Below the pieces are notes generated by a model. It had not been told where the DNA came from. It did not search any database and saw only the letters and a program-made list of their open reading frames with translations. This document shows positions 28,324 to 37,342 of a stretch of DNA of 54,587 nucleotides, piece by piece. This stretch comes from Patescibacteria group bacterium (lineage in GTDB: Bacteria; Patescibacteriota; Minisyncoccia; UBA10092), in contig JAHJZO010000029.1 of the NCBI GenBank assembly GCA_018826255.1, forward strand, positions 1 to 54,587, given 5' to 3'. The position numbers were made by a program, and so were the translations under genes. The first letter of the stretch is position 1, and each line of letters opens with the position of its first letter.

Positions 28324-29340
28324 ATGTCTAAGAAAATCTTAGTTATCGGAGGCGCCGGTTATGTCGGCAGCGCTCTGGTGCCAAAATTGTTGGACGCGGG
28401 GCACTATGTCCGTGTTTTGGACACATTTTGGTTCGGCGATGGTGTATTTAATGATTGGATTTTGAAAAATAGCCGAACAAGCATAAACAGATTGGGATTT
28501 GTTAAGGGCGATATTCGTAATTGTGATTTGGAACAAGCGATGAGAGACGTAGATTGCGTTATTCATCTGGCTTGCATTTCAAACGATCCGAGTTTTGAAC
28601 TCAATCGTGATTTAGGCCGTTCAATAAATTATGACGCGTTTTTGAAAGTTATCATAGCGGCGCAAGAGAGTAAAATCGGGCGTTTTATTTTTGCTTCTTC
28701 CAGTTCCGTTTATGGCGTCAAAAATACGCCGAACGTTACGGAAGATATGTGCCTTGAACCGCTGACGGATTATTCAAAATACAAAGCGTTTTGTGAAATG
28801 GAGCTTCAAATGATTCCAACCGAAAAATTGCCCTGGGTAATTATTCGCCCGGCGACGGTCTGCGGCTACGCGCCGCGCATGAGGTTGGATTTATCGGTTA
28901 ATATCCTGACGATGGCGGCTTTAACAAAGGGAAAAATCATGGTTTTCGGCGGATCACAGATCCGTCCCAATATCCATATTGAAGACATGACGGATTTGTA
29001 TGTTCGGCTGGTTAACGAAGAGGACGATAGAATAATCGGTCGGACATTCAATGCCGGCGGGAGTAATCTCAGCATTGAGACAATCGCCGAGCTGGTAAAG
29101 AAAATCATTGAACAATGCATGGCGAAGAAAATCGAAATTGAAAAAGTACCGACCTGGGATTTGCGTTCTTATCATGTTTCGTCGGCAAAGATAGAACGCC
29201 AGCTTGGCTGGCAAACCATTCGCGATGTACCGGATGCCGTTGTTCATTTGATGAAAGCATTCAACGCCGGATTGATTCCGAATCCCGACGACCCGAAATA
29301 CAGCAATATCAAAACAATGAAAGTGTTGAAAATCCAATAA
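28324..29340 (+). CDS. extended-SDR NAD-dependent nucleotide-sugar epimerase/dehydratase
   Basis: VIGGAGYVGSAL, YSKYK. ATG 28324 follows GGAGGTG. Confidence 0.75.
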   Translation: MSKKILVIGGAGYVGSALVPKLLDAGHYVRVLDTFWFGDGVFNDWILKNSRTSINRLGFVKGDIRNCDLEQAMRDVDCVIHLACISNDPSFELNRDLGRSINYDAFLKVIIAAQESKIGRFIFASSSSVYGVKNTPNVTEDMCLEPLTDYSKYKAFCEMELQMIPTEKLPWVIIRPATVCGYAPRMRLDLSVNILTMAALTKGKIMVFGGSQIRPNIHIEDMTDLYVRLVNEEDDRIIGRTFNAGGSNLSIETIAELVKKIIEQCMAKKIEIEKVPTWDLRSYHVSSAKIERQLGWQTIRDVPDAVVHLMKAFNAGLIPNPDDPKYSNIKTMKVLKIQ

Positions 29341-29351
29341 AGGAGGATGAA

Positions 29352-30482
29352 ATGGGCGAAGCAAAAGTTCACTATAATTATTTAGACAAGCAATTTAAGA
29401 TTGGAGGGCCTCTGGTAAAGCAGATTCTTGAAGATATTGAAGGACTTGTCAAAACCGGCCAGTTTACTCTCGGCCCGCAAGTCGCGGAGTTCGAAAAAGA
29501 GTTTGCGAAAATTTGCGGCGTCAAGTACGCGATCGGCATCAATTCGGGAACGGACGCTCTGATTCTCATCTTGAGAGCCCTGGGCATTGGATTGGGCGAT
29601 GAAGTCATCACCCAACCGAATAGTTTTATCGCTACGGCAAATGCCATCAGATTTGTCGGCGCCAAACCGGTTTTCGTCGACGTGACTGATGATTACATGA
29701 TTAACCATCTTCAGATCGAAAAGGCCGTTACGTCCAAGACGAAAGCCATATTGCCGGTTCACTTGACCGGGAATCCGGCGGGCATTGTCTGCGCCTCTGA
29801 AATTGCAAAAAGACGCAATCTTTTTCTGATAGAGGATGCGTGTCAGGCCATCGATTCATCAGTTAATGGAAAAATGGCCGGAAGCTGGGGGATCGCTGGG
29901 GCGTTCAGCCTCCACCCTTTGAAAAATCTCAATGTATGGGGCGATGGCGGAATGGTTACCACCGATGACGGCGAGCTGGCAATGAAGATTACCTTAATGC
30001 GCAATCATGGGCTGGAAACAAGGGATGATTGCGTGATGGTTGCCGGCAACTGCCGATTGCACACCATTCAGGCCGTCATCGGTTTGCGATTAATTACGGA
30101 CGTTCCCAGGATTTCCAGCAGCAGAATTATGAACGCCACGATGTATAGCAAGTATTTGGCCGATGTTGATGGGGTAAAGCTTCCTCCGCGCTTTGCCAAT
30201 GTGCGGCAGGTGTACCACACATTTGTCATTCAGGTTAAGAAGCGCGACGAACTGCAAAAATTTCTGGAACGCAACGGAGTTGAAGTTAAAGTTCATTACC
30301 CGATTCCGATTCATCTGCAGAAACCGTATCTGGAAATGGGATACAAAAAGGGCGATTTTCCCGATTGCGAAAAGCAATCAGAAAATATTATTTCTCTGCC
30401 CATTCATCAGTACTTATCGGCATCGCAGATTATGAAAGTAATTAATTTAATCAGAAAATTTTACGGCGCGAAAACCGTATAA
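29352..30482 (+). CDS. DegT/DnrJ/EryC1/StrS-family PLP-dependent sugar aminotransferase
   Basis: GINSGTDALIL. FSLHPLKNL carries the PLP-binding Lys. Confidence 0.85.
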   Translation: MGEAKVHYNYLDKQFKIGGPLVKQILEDIEGLVKTGQFTLGPQVAEFEKEFAKICGVKYAIGINSGTDALILILRALGIGLGDEVITQPNSFIATANAIRFVGAKPVFVDVTDDYMINHLQIEKAVTSKTKAILPVHLTGNPAGIVCASEIAKRRNLFLIEDACQAIDSSVNGKMAGSWGIAGAFSLHPLKNLNVWGDGGMVTTDDGELAMKITLMRNHGLETRDDCVMVAGNCRLHTIQAVIGLRLITDVPRISSSRIMNATMYSKYLADVDGVKLPPRFANVRQVYHTFVIQVKKRDELQKFLERNGVEVKVHYPIPIHLQKPYLEMGYKKGDFPDCEKQSENIISLPIHQYLSASQIMKVINLIRKFYGAKTV

Positions 30483-30490
30483 CAAACAAT

Positions 30491-30518
30491 TCCCCCGCCA
30501 TGGCGGGGGACTTTTTTT
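30491..30518 (+). terminator. rho-independent terminator
   Basis: TCCCCCGCCATGGCGGGGGA followed by CTTTTTTT. Confidence 0.8.
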
Positions 30519-30596
30519 GTTTGACAATAGTTATAATGTGTATTATTCTCCGAACACTTGAAATTCTTTGAAAATTTAATAAAAAGGAGGTAGCAG

Positions 30597-31562
30597 ATGA
30601 GCGTAAATGAGCTTTTGAAATTGTATTTTGAAATGTTGAGGATAAGGATGGTTGAAGAGAGATTGACCGATTGGTGCAATAAAAAGTTGGTAAACGCGCC
30701 GGTCCATCTCTCAATTGGTCAGGAGGCCGTGGCAGTTGGAATTATGGCGGCTTTGAACCCCGAGGATAAAATTATTTCAGGCCATCGTTGCCACGCGCAT
30801 TATCTTGCCAAGGGCGGCGATTTAAAAAAAATGTTTGCCGAAATTCTCGGTAAAGCCACAGGTTGCTGCAAAGGCAAGGGCGGCACGATGCATCTTTTTG
30901 ACGATGAAGCCGGCCATGTGATTTCGGCCCCGCTTGTTGCCGCCAGCATTTCATTTGGAGTCGGTCTCGCGCTTTCTTTCAAAATGAAAGGCGAAAATAA
31001 AATAGCAGTTGTGTTTCTGGGCGACGGAGCGGTTGAGGAGGGAATTTTTTGGGAAAGCATCAATTTTGCTTCGGTGTTTCATCTGCCCGTTTTGTTCGTT
31101 TGCGAGAATAATCTTTACGCCACTCATTCGCACATTTTACAACGCCAACCGTCGGAAAATATCACTGAACGCGTAAGACCGCATAAGGTAAACGCGCATC
31201 GCATCAATGACGGAAATAATGTTTTTCTCGTAAGGGAAATTGCCAAGGCAAAGGTTGAATTAGTCAGAAAAGGCCAGCCATGTTTTATTGAGGCCTGTAC
31301 ATACCGGCTCCGAGAACACTGGGGAGTAGGTGAAGATTGGGATCTCGGTTACCGCAGCCGGGAAGAAGGGGAAAAGTGGATGGAAAAATCCCCGCTGAAA
31401 CAAGCTGAAAAAACGTTTTTGAATCGCATCAGCGCGCCGATGCTTCATTCGAAAATTAAAAAAATGGAAGAGGCGATAAAAAAAGAAATTGACGAAGCGG
31501 AAGAATTCGCGTTCAATAGTCCGCAGCCGCCAAAAGAAGATTTACTATCGGAGGTGGGATAA
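30597..31562 (+). CDS. ThDP-dependent 2-oxoacid dehydrogenase E1 component, alpha subunit-like
   Basis: GDGAVEEGIFWESINFASVFHLPVLFVCENNLYA (ThDP-binding GDG...NN motif). Confidence 0.8.
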   Translation: MSVNELLKLYFEMLRIRMVEERLTDWCNKKLVNAPVHLSIGQEAVAVGIMAALNPEDKIISGHRCHAHYLAKGGDLKKMFAEILGKATGCCKGKGGTMHLFDDEAGHVISAPLVAASISFGVGLALSFKMKGENKIAVVFLGDGAVEEGIFWESINFASVFHLPVLFVCENNLYATHSHILQRQPSENITERVRPHKVNAHRINDGNNVFLVREIAKAKVELVRKGQPCFIEACTYRLREHWGVGEDWDLGYRSREEGEKWMEKSPLKQAEKTFLNRISAPMLHSKIKKMEEAIKKEIDEAEEFAFNSPQPPKEDLLSEVG

Positions 31563-32545
31563 TGGGAATGAGAAAGATAACCTATAAAGACGCTTCAGCC
31601 GAAGCATTGCTGATGGCGATGGAGGAAGATAAAAATGTATTTCTTATCGGCGAAGGCGCCGACCATATTAACGGTATTGGCGGGCAGTGCTTACCGGCCA
31701 TCAGAAAATTTCCCGACAGAGTTATTGATACGCCGCTTTCCGAAAACGGACTGACCGGTTTTTGCGTCGGCGCCGCGCTGAATGGAATGAGGCCGGTTTT
31801 AATTCACCAGCGAGACGATTTTATGCTGTTAGCGATGGACCAAATGTTCAATCAAGCGGCCCAGTTACGATATGCTTCCGGCGGCCGCCATAGGGTTCCG
31901 TTAACTATTTTAAGTTTTATTGCCCGCCGTCCCGGAGAGGGAGTTACGCATAGCCACAGCTTGCAGTCCATTTTTGCCCATTTTCCGGGTATTAAAGTCG
32001 GAATGCCGGCAACCGCTATGGATGCCAAGGGAATGCTTTTAAGGGCTATTTTTGACGATGATCCTGTAATAATTCTTGAACACAGACATAATCCACTTTA
32101 TAACCGCGAAGAATATGTCCCAGCAGAGCATTACGAAACATCTCTTTCGTCTCGAGTGGTGCTTTTGGGGGACGACATCACGATTGTAACAATATCCATT
32201 ACCCTTCTTGACGCATTAAAAGCGTCTTACGATTTCCTTCTGGAGAAGGTTATTTTTCCTGAAATTATTGATTTAAGATGGCTTCGGCCGCTTAATATTG
32301 AACCGATTATTCAATCAGTGAAAAAAACAGGAAAACTTTTGGTTGTTGATACCGGCTGGAAATCGTGCAGCATTTCTTCGGAAATCGTCGCTCTGGTCGC
32401 CGAGCAGGCGCATGGACATCTCAAATGTCCGCCGCGAAGAATCGCTTTACCCGACGCTCCCTGCCCGGCCAGTCAATATTTAGAGCCGTTGTACCATCCC
32501 AATTCCGAGATGATAATCCAGGCCGTTGAAGAAATGGTTAAATAA
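31562..32545 (+). CDS. E1 component beta subunit-like (transketolase pyrimidine-binding + C-terminal domain)
   Basis: TAATG overlap with the alpha gene. FLIGEG...DTPLSENGLTGFCVGAALNGMRPV is typical of E1 beta. Confidence 0.8.
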   Translation: MGMRKITYKDASAEALLMAMEEDKNVFLIGEGADHINGIGGQCLPAIRKFPDRVIDTPLSENGLTGFCVGAALNGMRPVLIHQRDDFMLLAMDQMFNQAAQLRYASGGRHRVPLTILSFIARRPGEGVTHSHSLQSIFAHFPGIKVGMPATAMDAKGMLLRAIFDDDPVIILEHRHNPLYNREEYVPAEHYETSLSSRVVLLGDDITIVTISITLLDALKASYDFLLEKVIFPEIIDLRWLRPLNIEPIIQSVKKTGKLLVVDTGWKSCSISSEIVALVAEQAHGHLKCPPRRIALPDAPCPASQYLEPLYHPNSEMIIQAVEEMVK

Positions 32546-32551
32546 TTTACG

Positions 32552-32575
32552 CCCCCGCAAGCTTGCGGGGGTTTT
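32552..32575 (+). terminator. rho-independent terminator (CCCCGCAAGCTTGCGGGG type)
   Basis: CCCCCGCAAGCTTGCGGGGG followed by TTTT. Confidence 0.8.
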
Positions 32576-32613
32576 AATTTGTTTTTTATAAATTTAATGT
32601 TAAAATTTTTCAC

Positions 32614-33333
32614 ATGAATAAATCTATTTCAATAATTATTCCGGCGTATAACGAGGAAACAAAATTAAAACCGACAGTTGATTCGGTTTTGGATCGCCTG
32701 GAAAATAACGCAATTTCCGATTTTGAGATTATTATTTTCAATGACGCTTCAACCGACAGGACGGGCGAAGTCGCCGATGATTTGGCGATGCAATTTTCTC
32801 AAGTTAAGGTGGTTCATAATGCCAAGAATATGAATCTTGGATTTAACATTGTCAGAGGTTTCCAATTGGCAACCAAAGAGTATGCCGGATTCGTTCCGGG
32901 TGATAACGAAACTGCTCCCGAGGCGCTGGATAATATTTTTCAGGCCATAGGAAAAGCGGATATTGTCATTCCTTACATACAAAATCCCGAAGTCAGAATC
33001 TGGGGCAGGCGGATTCTTTCAAAAACTTATATTGCGATAATAAATACGGCTTTCGGATTAAAAATACGATATTACAACGGTATGTGTTATTTCAAAACCG
33101 AAATGGTAAAAAAAGTCACGGTTTCTACTCACGGCTTTGCGTACATGACCGAAATATTAGTCAAACTTTTAAAATCAGGCGCTACTTTTGTTGAAGTGCC
33201 GATGATAAACAGAGCAAGAGAAAGAGGAGCAACCAAAGCGTTTAGGATTAAGAACATTGCAAGTGTTTTCAAAACGTTTTTAACTCTTTTCTGGGAAGTC
33301 CAGATTTTAAGAAAACGAATAAATCTGTCTTGA
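32614..33333 (+). CDS. GT2 polyprenol-phosphate glycosyltransferase-like
   Basis: ISIIIPAYNEE, IIIFNDASTDRT. Paralog of 23005..23706. Confidence 0.75.
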   Translation: MNKSISIIIPAYNEETKLKPTVDSVLDRLENNAISDFEIIIFNDASTDRTGEVADDLAMQFSQVKVVHNAKNMNLGFNIVRGFQLATKEYAGFVPGDNETAPEALDNIFQAIGKADIVIPYIQNPEVRIWGRRILSKTYIAIINTAFGLKIRYYNGMCYFKTEMVKKVTVSTHGFAYMTEILVKLLKSGATFVEVPMINRARERGATKAFRIKNIASVFKTFLTLFWEVQILRKRINLS

Positions 33334-33407
33334 CGGGTCTCGCTTTTTGTGGGAGCATAAGCAGCAGTTTTTTGACATTTCAATAATACATTTATAGGAG
33401 GAAAGAA

Positions 33408-34682
33408 ATGAAAGTAATGCTGATAACCCTTCCGAAGGAAGGGCAAACGAAGGACTTCACTACGCCGTCATTTTATTCATCAAATCCTGTGCGCTATATC
33501 CCTCTCGGGATATTGGCGGTCGCCACCAGCATATCGCCGGACCATGATATCCGGATATTAGACGCCGACAGTTATGGTCTTTCCATTGATTACACCGTAA
33601 GAAGAATCAATGAATTCGCGCCTGACGTTCTCGGAATCAGCGCAGTTACCAGAAAAGCATTTGCAATGAGCAAAATTCTAAAACGGGCTAACGTTTCGTT
33701 AAAAGTTGTCGGAGGTCCGCATGTTACGCATTATGCCAAGGAAACAATAAATTTAGGGGCCGACGCGACATTCAAGCATGATAGCGACCGAAATTTCAAT
33801 GAATGGCTCAATACAGGGTGTAAAAGAGGCATTTATGAGGATTATATTAGAAATATCGATTCTCTGCCGTTTATCAGAAGGGAATTTTCCGGGTTTGAAT
33901 TGGAAGATTATATGTTAAGCGGGGAAGACACGCAAAAAACGCTGTTCAAGCAAAAAAGCTTGAGGCGTCTCGCAATGATGAGTTCCAAGGGCTGTCCTTT
34001 CCGATGCGTTTTCTGCGACGTTCAGGATAAAGAATTTCGTTTTCTGTCTCCCCAAAGAGTTGTCGATGAGATGGAGCACCTTTTGTCTTGCGGCGCGAAT
34101 TCCATCCATATTCTTGACGATTGCTTCAACACCGACAGCAACAGAGTTATTAAAGTGTGCGAGGAGATTAAAAAAAGGGGACTAAAATTCCAGTGGAGTT
34201 GCAGAGGAAGGGCAGTTTTGGACAGGACCACGGCCGAAGCTCTCCAATCAGCCGGTTGCGTCAGAATGCATGTCGGGATAGAAAGCTTGAATCCGGAAGT
34301 GCTCAAATGGATGAACAAAAGAATAACGGTTGAAACGACAGGAGAGTTTTGTGATCTATGCAACGAATACGGCATAGAAATTGTCGCCTATTTTGTCCTT
34401 GGCGCGCCCATGGAAACAAGAGAATACCGCGAAAAACTTCCGGATATGATCCGCGAGTTGAAAATCAAGTATCCCTTTTTCAACATCCTGTATCCTTCGG
34501 CTAACACGAAATATTACCGAGAGCTGATGGCCAATGGAACATATAAAATGGATTATTGGCAGGCATTCGCCGAAAAGCCAGTGCCCAATTTTGAAATACC
34601 TCTTCCTCGCTCAGAGGAGTTGCAGGATGAGTTGGAAAAAACGGCCGAAAGGTGCATAAAAATATTTTTCAATGGAGGTTAA
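33408..34682 (+). CDS. class B (cobalamin-binding domain) radical SAM enzyme
   Basis: N-terminal B12-binding-like domain, then KGCPFRCVFCDV. Confidence 0.75.
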   Translation: MKVMLITLPKEGQTKDFTTPSFYSSNPVRYIPLGILAVATSISPDHDIRILDADSYGLSIDYTVRRINEFAPDVLGISAVTRKAFAMSKILKRANVSLKVVGGPHVTHYAKETINLGADATFKHDSDRNFNEWLNTGCKRGIYEDYIRNIDSLPFIRREFSGFELEDYMLSGEDTQKTLFKQKSLRRLAMMSSKGCPFRCVFCDVQDKEFRFLSPQRVVDEMEHLLSCGANSIHILDDCFNTDSNRVIKVCEEIKKRGLKFQWSCRGRAVLDRTTAEALQSAGCVRMHVGIESLNPEVLKWMNKRITVETTGEFCDLCNEYGIEIVAYFVLGAPMETREYREKLPDMIRELKIKYPFFNILYPSANTKYYRELMANGTYKMDYWQAFAEKPVPNFEIPLPRSEELQDELEKTAERCIKIFFNGG

Positions 34683-34684
34683 TA

Positions 34685-35683
34685 ATGACCCAAAGAATCG
34701 CGATTATTGGCAGCAATTCTTTTTCCGGCAGTCACCTGGTTGATTTTTTTCTGAAAAATTCAAATTGGGAAGTAATCGGCTTAAGCCGATCACCGGAATA
34801 TCCCGCGCTATTTTTGCCTTATCTTTATCAAAAAGAAAGGTCTCTGAGATTCAAATTTTTTCAGGTAAACATAAATACGCAGCTTCCGGACATTGTTCAT
34901 CTATTTGACATCATGAAGCCGGAGGTCATTGTTAATTTTGCCGCGCAGGGCAACGTCCAGTACAGCTGGAATCATCCGGAGCATTGGCTTATGACCAATA
35001 CGCTTGGCGTGGCGAGTTTGGCATTCGCCTTGCGCGACAAGCCGTACTTAAAAAGATTTATCCAAATTTCAACTCCGGAAATTTACGGGCTTTGTCGCAA
35101 TTATCAGGAGGATTCCAACTGTTACAATCCTTCAACACCGTATGCAGTTTCCAAGGTAGCCGGCGATTTGTTTCTAATGGCAATGTTTAAGAAATTTAAG
35201 TTTCCGGTTTCTTTTATCAGATCGGTTAATGTGTATGGCATTCACCAGCAACTGTATAGAATAATTCCGAGAACGATTATTTTTTTGAAAAAAGGCATTC
35301 CAGTTCCGCTTCATGGCGGGGGAAAAACGCAAAGAAGCTTCATTCATATATCGGATGTTTGCCATGGAATCCACAGCGTTATTCTTAATGGTAAAGCGGG
35401 AGAGGCGTATCACTTTTCCGGCGGGAATACAATGGAAATAAGAAACTTGGTAGAATTAATTTGCCAAAAAATGAATCGCGATTTTGAAATGTCAACCGAA
35501 ATAACCGAAGATAGGGCAGATCAGGACCCCATGATTGATTTAGATTGTTCCAGGACAAAAGAGGGAATCCTCTGGCAGCCCCAGATTGAACTCTACAATG
35601 GCATTGATGAAGTGGCTCGATGGATTAACGAAAATTGGGAAGAAATTATAAAATATCCATTTGAATATATTCATCAAGAGTAA
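34685..35683 (+). CDS. extended-SDR NDP-sugar 4,6-dehydratase-like
   Basis: IIGSNSFSGSHL, YAVSK, GGGKTQRSFIHISDV (RfbB/Gmd-like pattern). ATG 34685 follows GGAGG. Confidence 0.6.
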   Translation: MTQRIAIIGSNSFSGSHLVDFFLKNSNWEVIGLSRSPEYPALFLPYLYQKERSLRFKFFQVNINTQLPDIVHLFDIMKPEVIVNFAAQGNVQYSWNHPEHWLMTNTLGVASLAFALRDKPYLKRFIQISTPEIYGLCRNYQEDSNCYNPSTPYAVSKVAGDLFLMAMFKKFKFPVSFIRSVNVYGIHQQLYRIIPRTIIFLKKGIPVPLHGGGKTQRSFIHISDVCHGIHSVILNGKAGEAYHFSGGNTMEIRNLVELICQKMNRDFEMSTEITEDRADQDPMIDLDCSRTKEGILWQPQIELYNGIDEVARWINENWEEIIKYPFEYIHQE

Positions 35684-35703
35684 CCCCGCAACCGCGGGGT
35701 TTT
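35684..35703 (+). terminator. rho-independent terminator
   Basis: CCCCGC-AACC-GCGGGG followed by TTTT. Confidence 0.75.
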
Positions 35704-35707
35704 AATT

Positions 35708-35737
35708 TTGACAGGGAGTTAATTTTATGTTTATATT
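35708..35737 (+). promoter_or_regulatory. sigma70-like promoter for the 35789..38341 operon
   Basis: TTGACA (35708-35713), 18 nt, TATATT (35732-35737). Confidence 0.45.
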
Positions 35738-35788
35738 GCCACGAATCTTATTTCTTTAAAAATTTTAATACGATGAGGAGAATCTCTA

Positions 35789-36676
35789 ATGAAAAGCGAC
35801 AGAAGAAGGCGAAAAATTGTAATATTGGGTCATACAGGTTTTCTGGGAAGTTGTCTTTACGAGAATTTCAGCAAAGAAATTGAGTATGAAGTTTATGGGT
35901 TTTCTTCGGCTAATGTAAATTTATCGTCATCAAAAGAATGCCAAAAATTGTTGAGCGTTATTGATAAAAACAGTACCGTCATAATGACGGCGACATCTCT
36001 GGTTAAGAATAAGGACTTTATTTCCTTCAGGAATGATTTTGACATGTTACTTAATACTGCCGAAGTTTTTTCTTTGGCGGGCATCCAACATTTGATTTAT
36101 ATCAGTTCTATTGCGGTATTTGGCCGTCATTCTGAATCAGTAATAACCGAATCAAGTTATCCGAATCCGGATGACCTTTATAGTTTTTCTAAACTTTTAG
36201 GCGAGCAAATTTTTGAACGTATTTGTCGCAATTCCGGAATTCACCTAACAATTTTACGCCCTGGAACTTTTTATGGCCTCAATGATAAGACGAGTCCCTT
36301 TTTTAGATTCTTGGGAGGCATTAAAAGTAACGGGGAAATTAAAATTTATGGTGATGGTTCTTCAAAACTTTTCTGGGTTCACAAAGTGGACTTGTGTCGC
36401 ATAATCCAAGCGGCTGTCGCGAGTTGCAATCCTGGGATTTATAACATTGTTACAGAGAGCGAAGGTATTTCTTTGTTAAAACTTGCAGAATTGATGTTTC
36501 AAATTTGCGCTCTCGGGCATCGGATTAAGATTGAATTTATTCCAAGCGCAAAAGTTCCCGTTGATTTGCGGTTTGATATATCAAAATCAAAATCCTGTTT
36601 TTCAGGGATAAAACATATTAAATTGGAAGATGGTTTAAAAGAATATCTCAATCAAACTGACAAAAAGGAGGAATAA
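35789..36676 (+). CDS. extended-SDR NDP-sugar reductase/epimerase (RmlD/DmhB-like)
   Basis: ILGHTGFLGSCL, YSFSK. GAGGAG RBS. Confidence 0.6.
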   Translation: MKSDRRRRKIVILGHTGFLGSCLYENFSKEIEYEVYGFSSANVNLSSSKECQKLLSVIDKNSTVIMTATSLVKNKDFISFRNDFDMLLNTAEVFSLAGIQHLIYISSIAVFGRHSESVITESSYPNPDDLYSFSKLLGEQIFERICRNSGIHLTILRPGTFYGLNDKTSPFFRFLGGIKSNGEIKIYGDGSSKLFWVHKVDLCRIIQAAVASCNPGIYNIVTESEGISLLKLAELMFQICALGHRIKIEFIPSAKVPVDLRFDISKSKSCFSGIKHIKLEDGLKEYLNQTDKKEE

Positions 36677-36678
36677 CA

Positions 36679-37332
36679 ATGGCAGAAATAAATTTACTGG
36701 ATACTTACCCCAAAGAAAATCGCGACGTTGAGGGACGATTTAAGCAAATCACGAAAGAACATCACAAAATTGCCCGTCAATTCGGAGAGGAATTTTTTGA
36801 AGGCGACAGATTAGTCGGCTACGGAGGGTATATCTATGACGGCCGGTGGGCGAGCGTAGTTAAAAGATTCAGGGATCACTATGGGCTGACTTCTGAAAGT
36901 AGTGTCCTTGATATAGGTTGCGCCAAGGGATTCATGCTTCATGACTTCCAGCGGATTATTCCCGGCATCAAAGTGGCGGGAATAGATATTTCCGCTTACG
37001 CGATCGCCAACGCCAAAGAAAGCGTTAAAGCGTTCGCGCGGGTAGGCAATGCGAAAGAATTGCCTTTTCCCGATAAATCGTTTGACCTGGTAGTTTCTAT
37101 TACCACACTTCATAATCTGCCTATTAAAGAATGCAAACAGGCGATTCGCGAAGTGCAAAGAGTATCGCGAAAACACGCTTTTATTACTCTTGATTCCTGG
37201 CGCAACGAATACGAATGCGAGAGGATGATAAAGTGGAATTTGACAGCGCTGACCTATATGAGCGTTGAGGACTGGAAGAAATTATTCACCGAAGTCGGTT
37301 ATACCGGTGATTACTACTGGTTTATTCCATAG
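36679..37332 (+). CDS. class I SAM-dependent methyltransferase
   Basis: VLDIGCAKGFML motif I. Confidence 0.75.
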   Translation: MAEINLLDTYPKENRDVEGRFKQITKEHHKIARQFGEEFFEGDRLVGYGGYIYDGRWASVVKRFRDHYGLTSESSVLDIGCAKGFMLHDFQRIIPGIKVAGIDISAYAIANAKESVKAFARVGNAKELPFPDKSFDLVVSITTLHNLPIKECKQAIREVQRVSRKHAFITLDSWRNEYECERMIKWNLTALTYMSVEDWKKLFTEVGYTGDYYWFIP

Positions 37333-37342
37333 AGGTGGCGAA

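Noticed and set aside
30521-30537. TTGACA and TATAAT hexamers upstream of the E1 operon as a canonical promoter.
   Set aside because: The spacer is only 5 nt. Alternative -10 choices (TATTCT at 30544) are weak, so no promoter is called here.
30597-32545. Reading the E1 alpha/beta genes as central-metabolism pyruvate or acetoin dehydrogenase.
   Set aside because: No E2/E3 partners are nearby, and the genes sit between a sugar aminotransferase and a GT2 with the shared tailoring-unit leader motif. This cannot be excluded without the whole genome.
33427-33443. CCCTTCC-GAA-GGAAGGG hairpin at the 5' end of the B12-radical SAM gene as a third copy of the TCTCCC-GAA-GGGAGA element.
   Set aside because: It has the same 6-7/3/6-7 architecture and GAA loop, but the arm sequences differ and there are no flanking direct repeats. 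With a single instance it is only a weak candidate.
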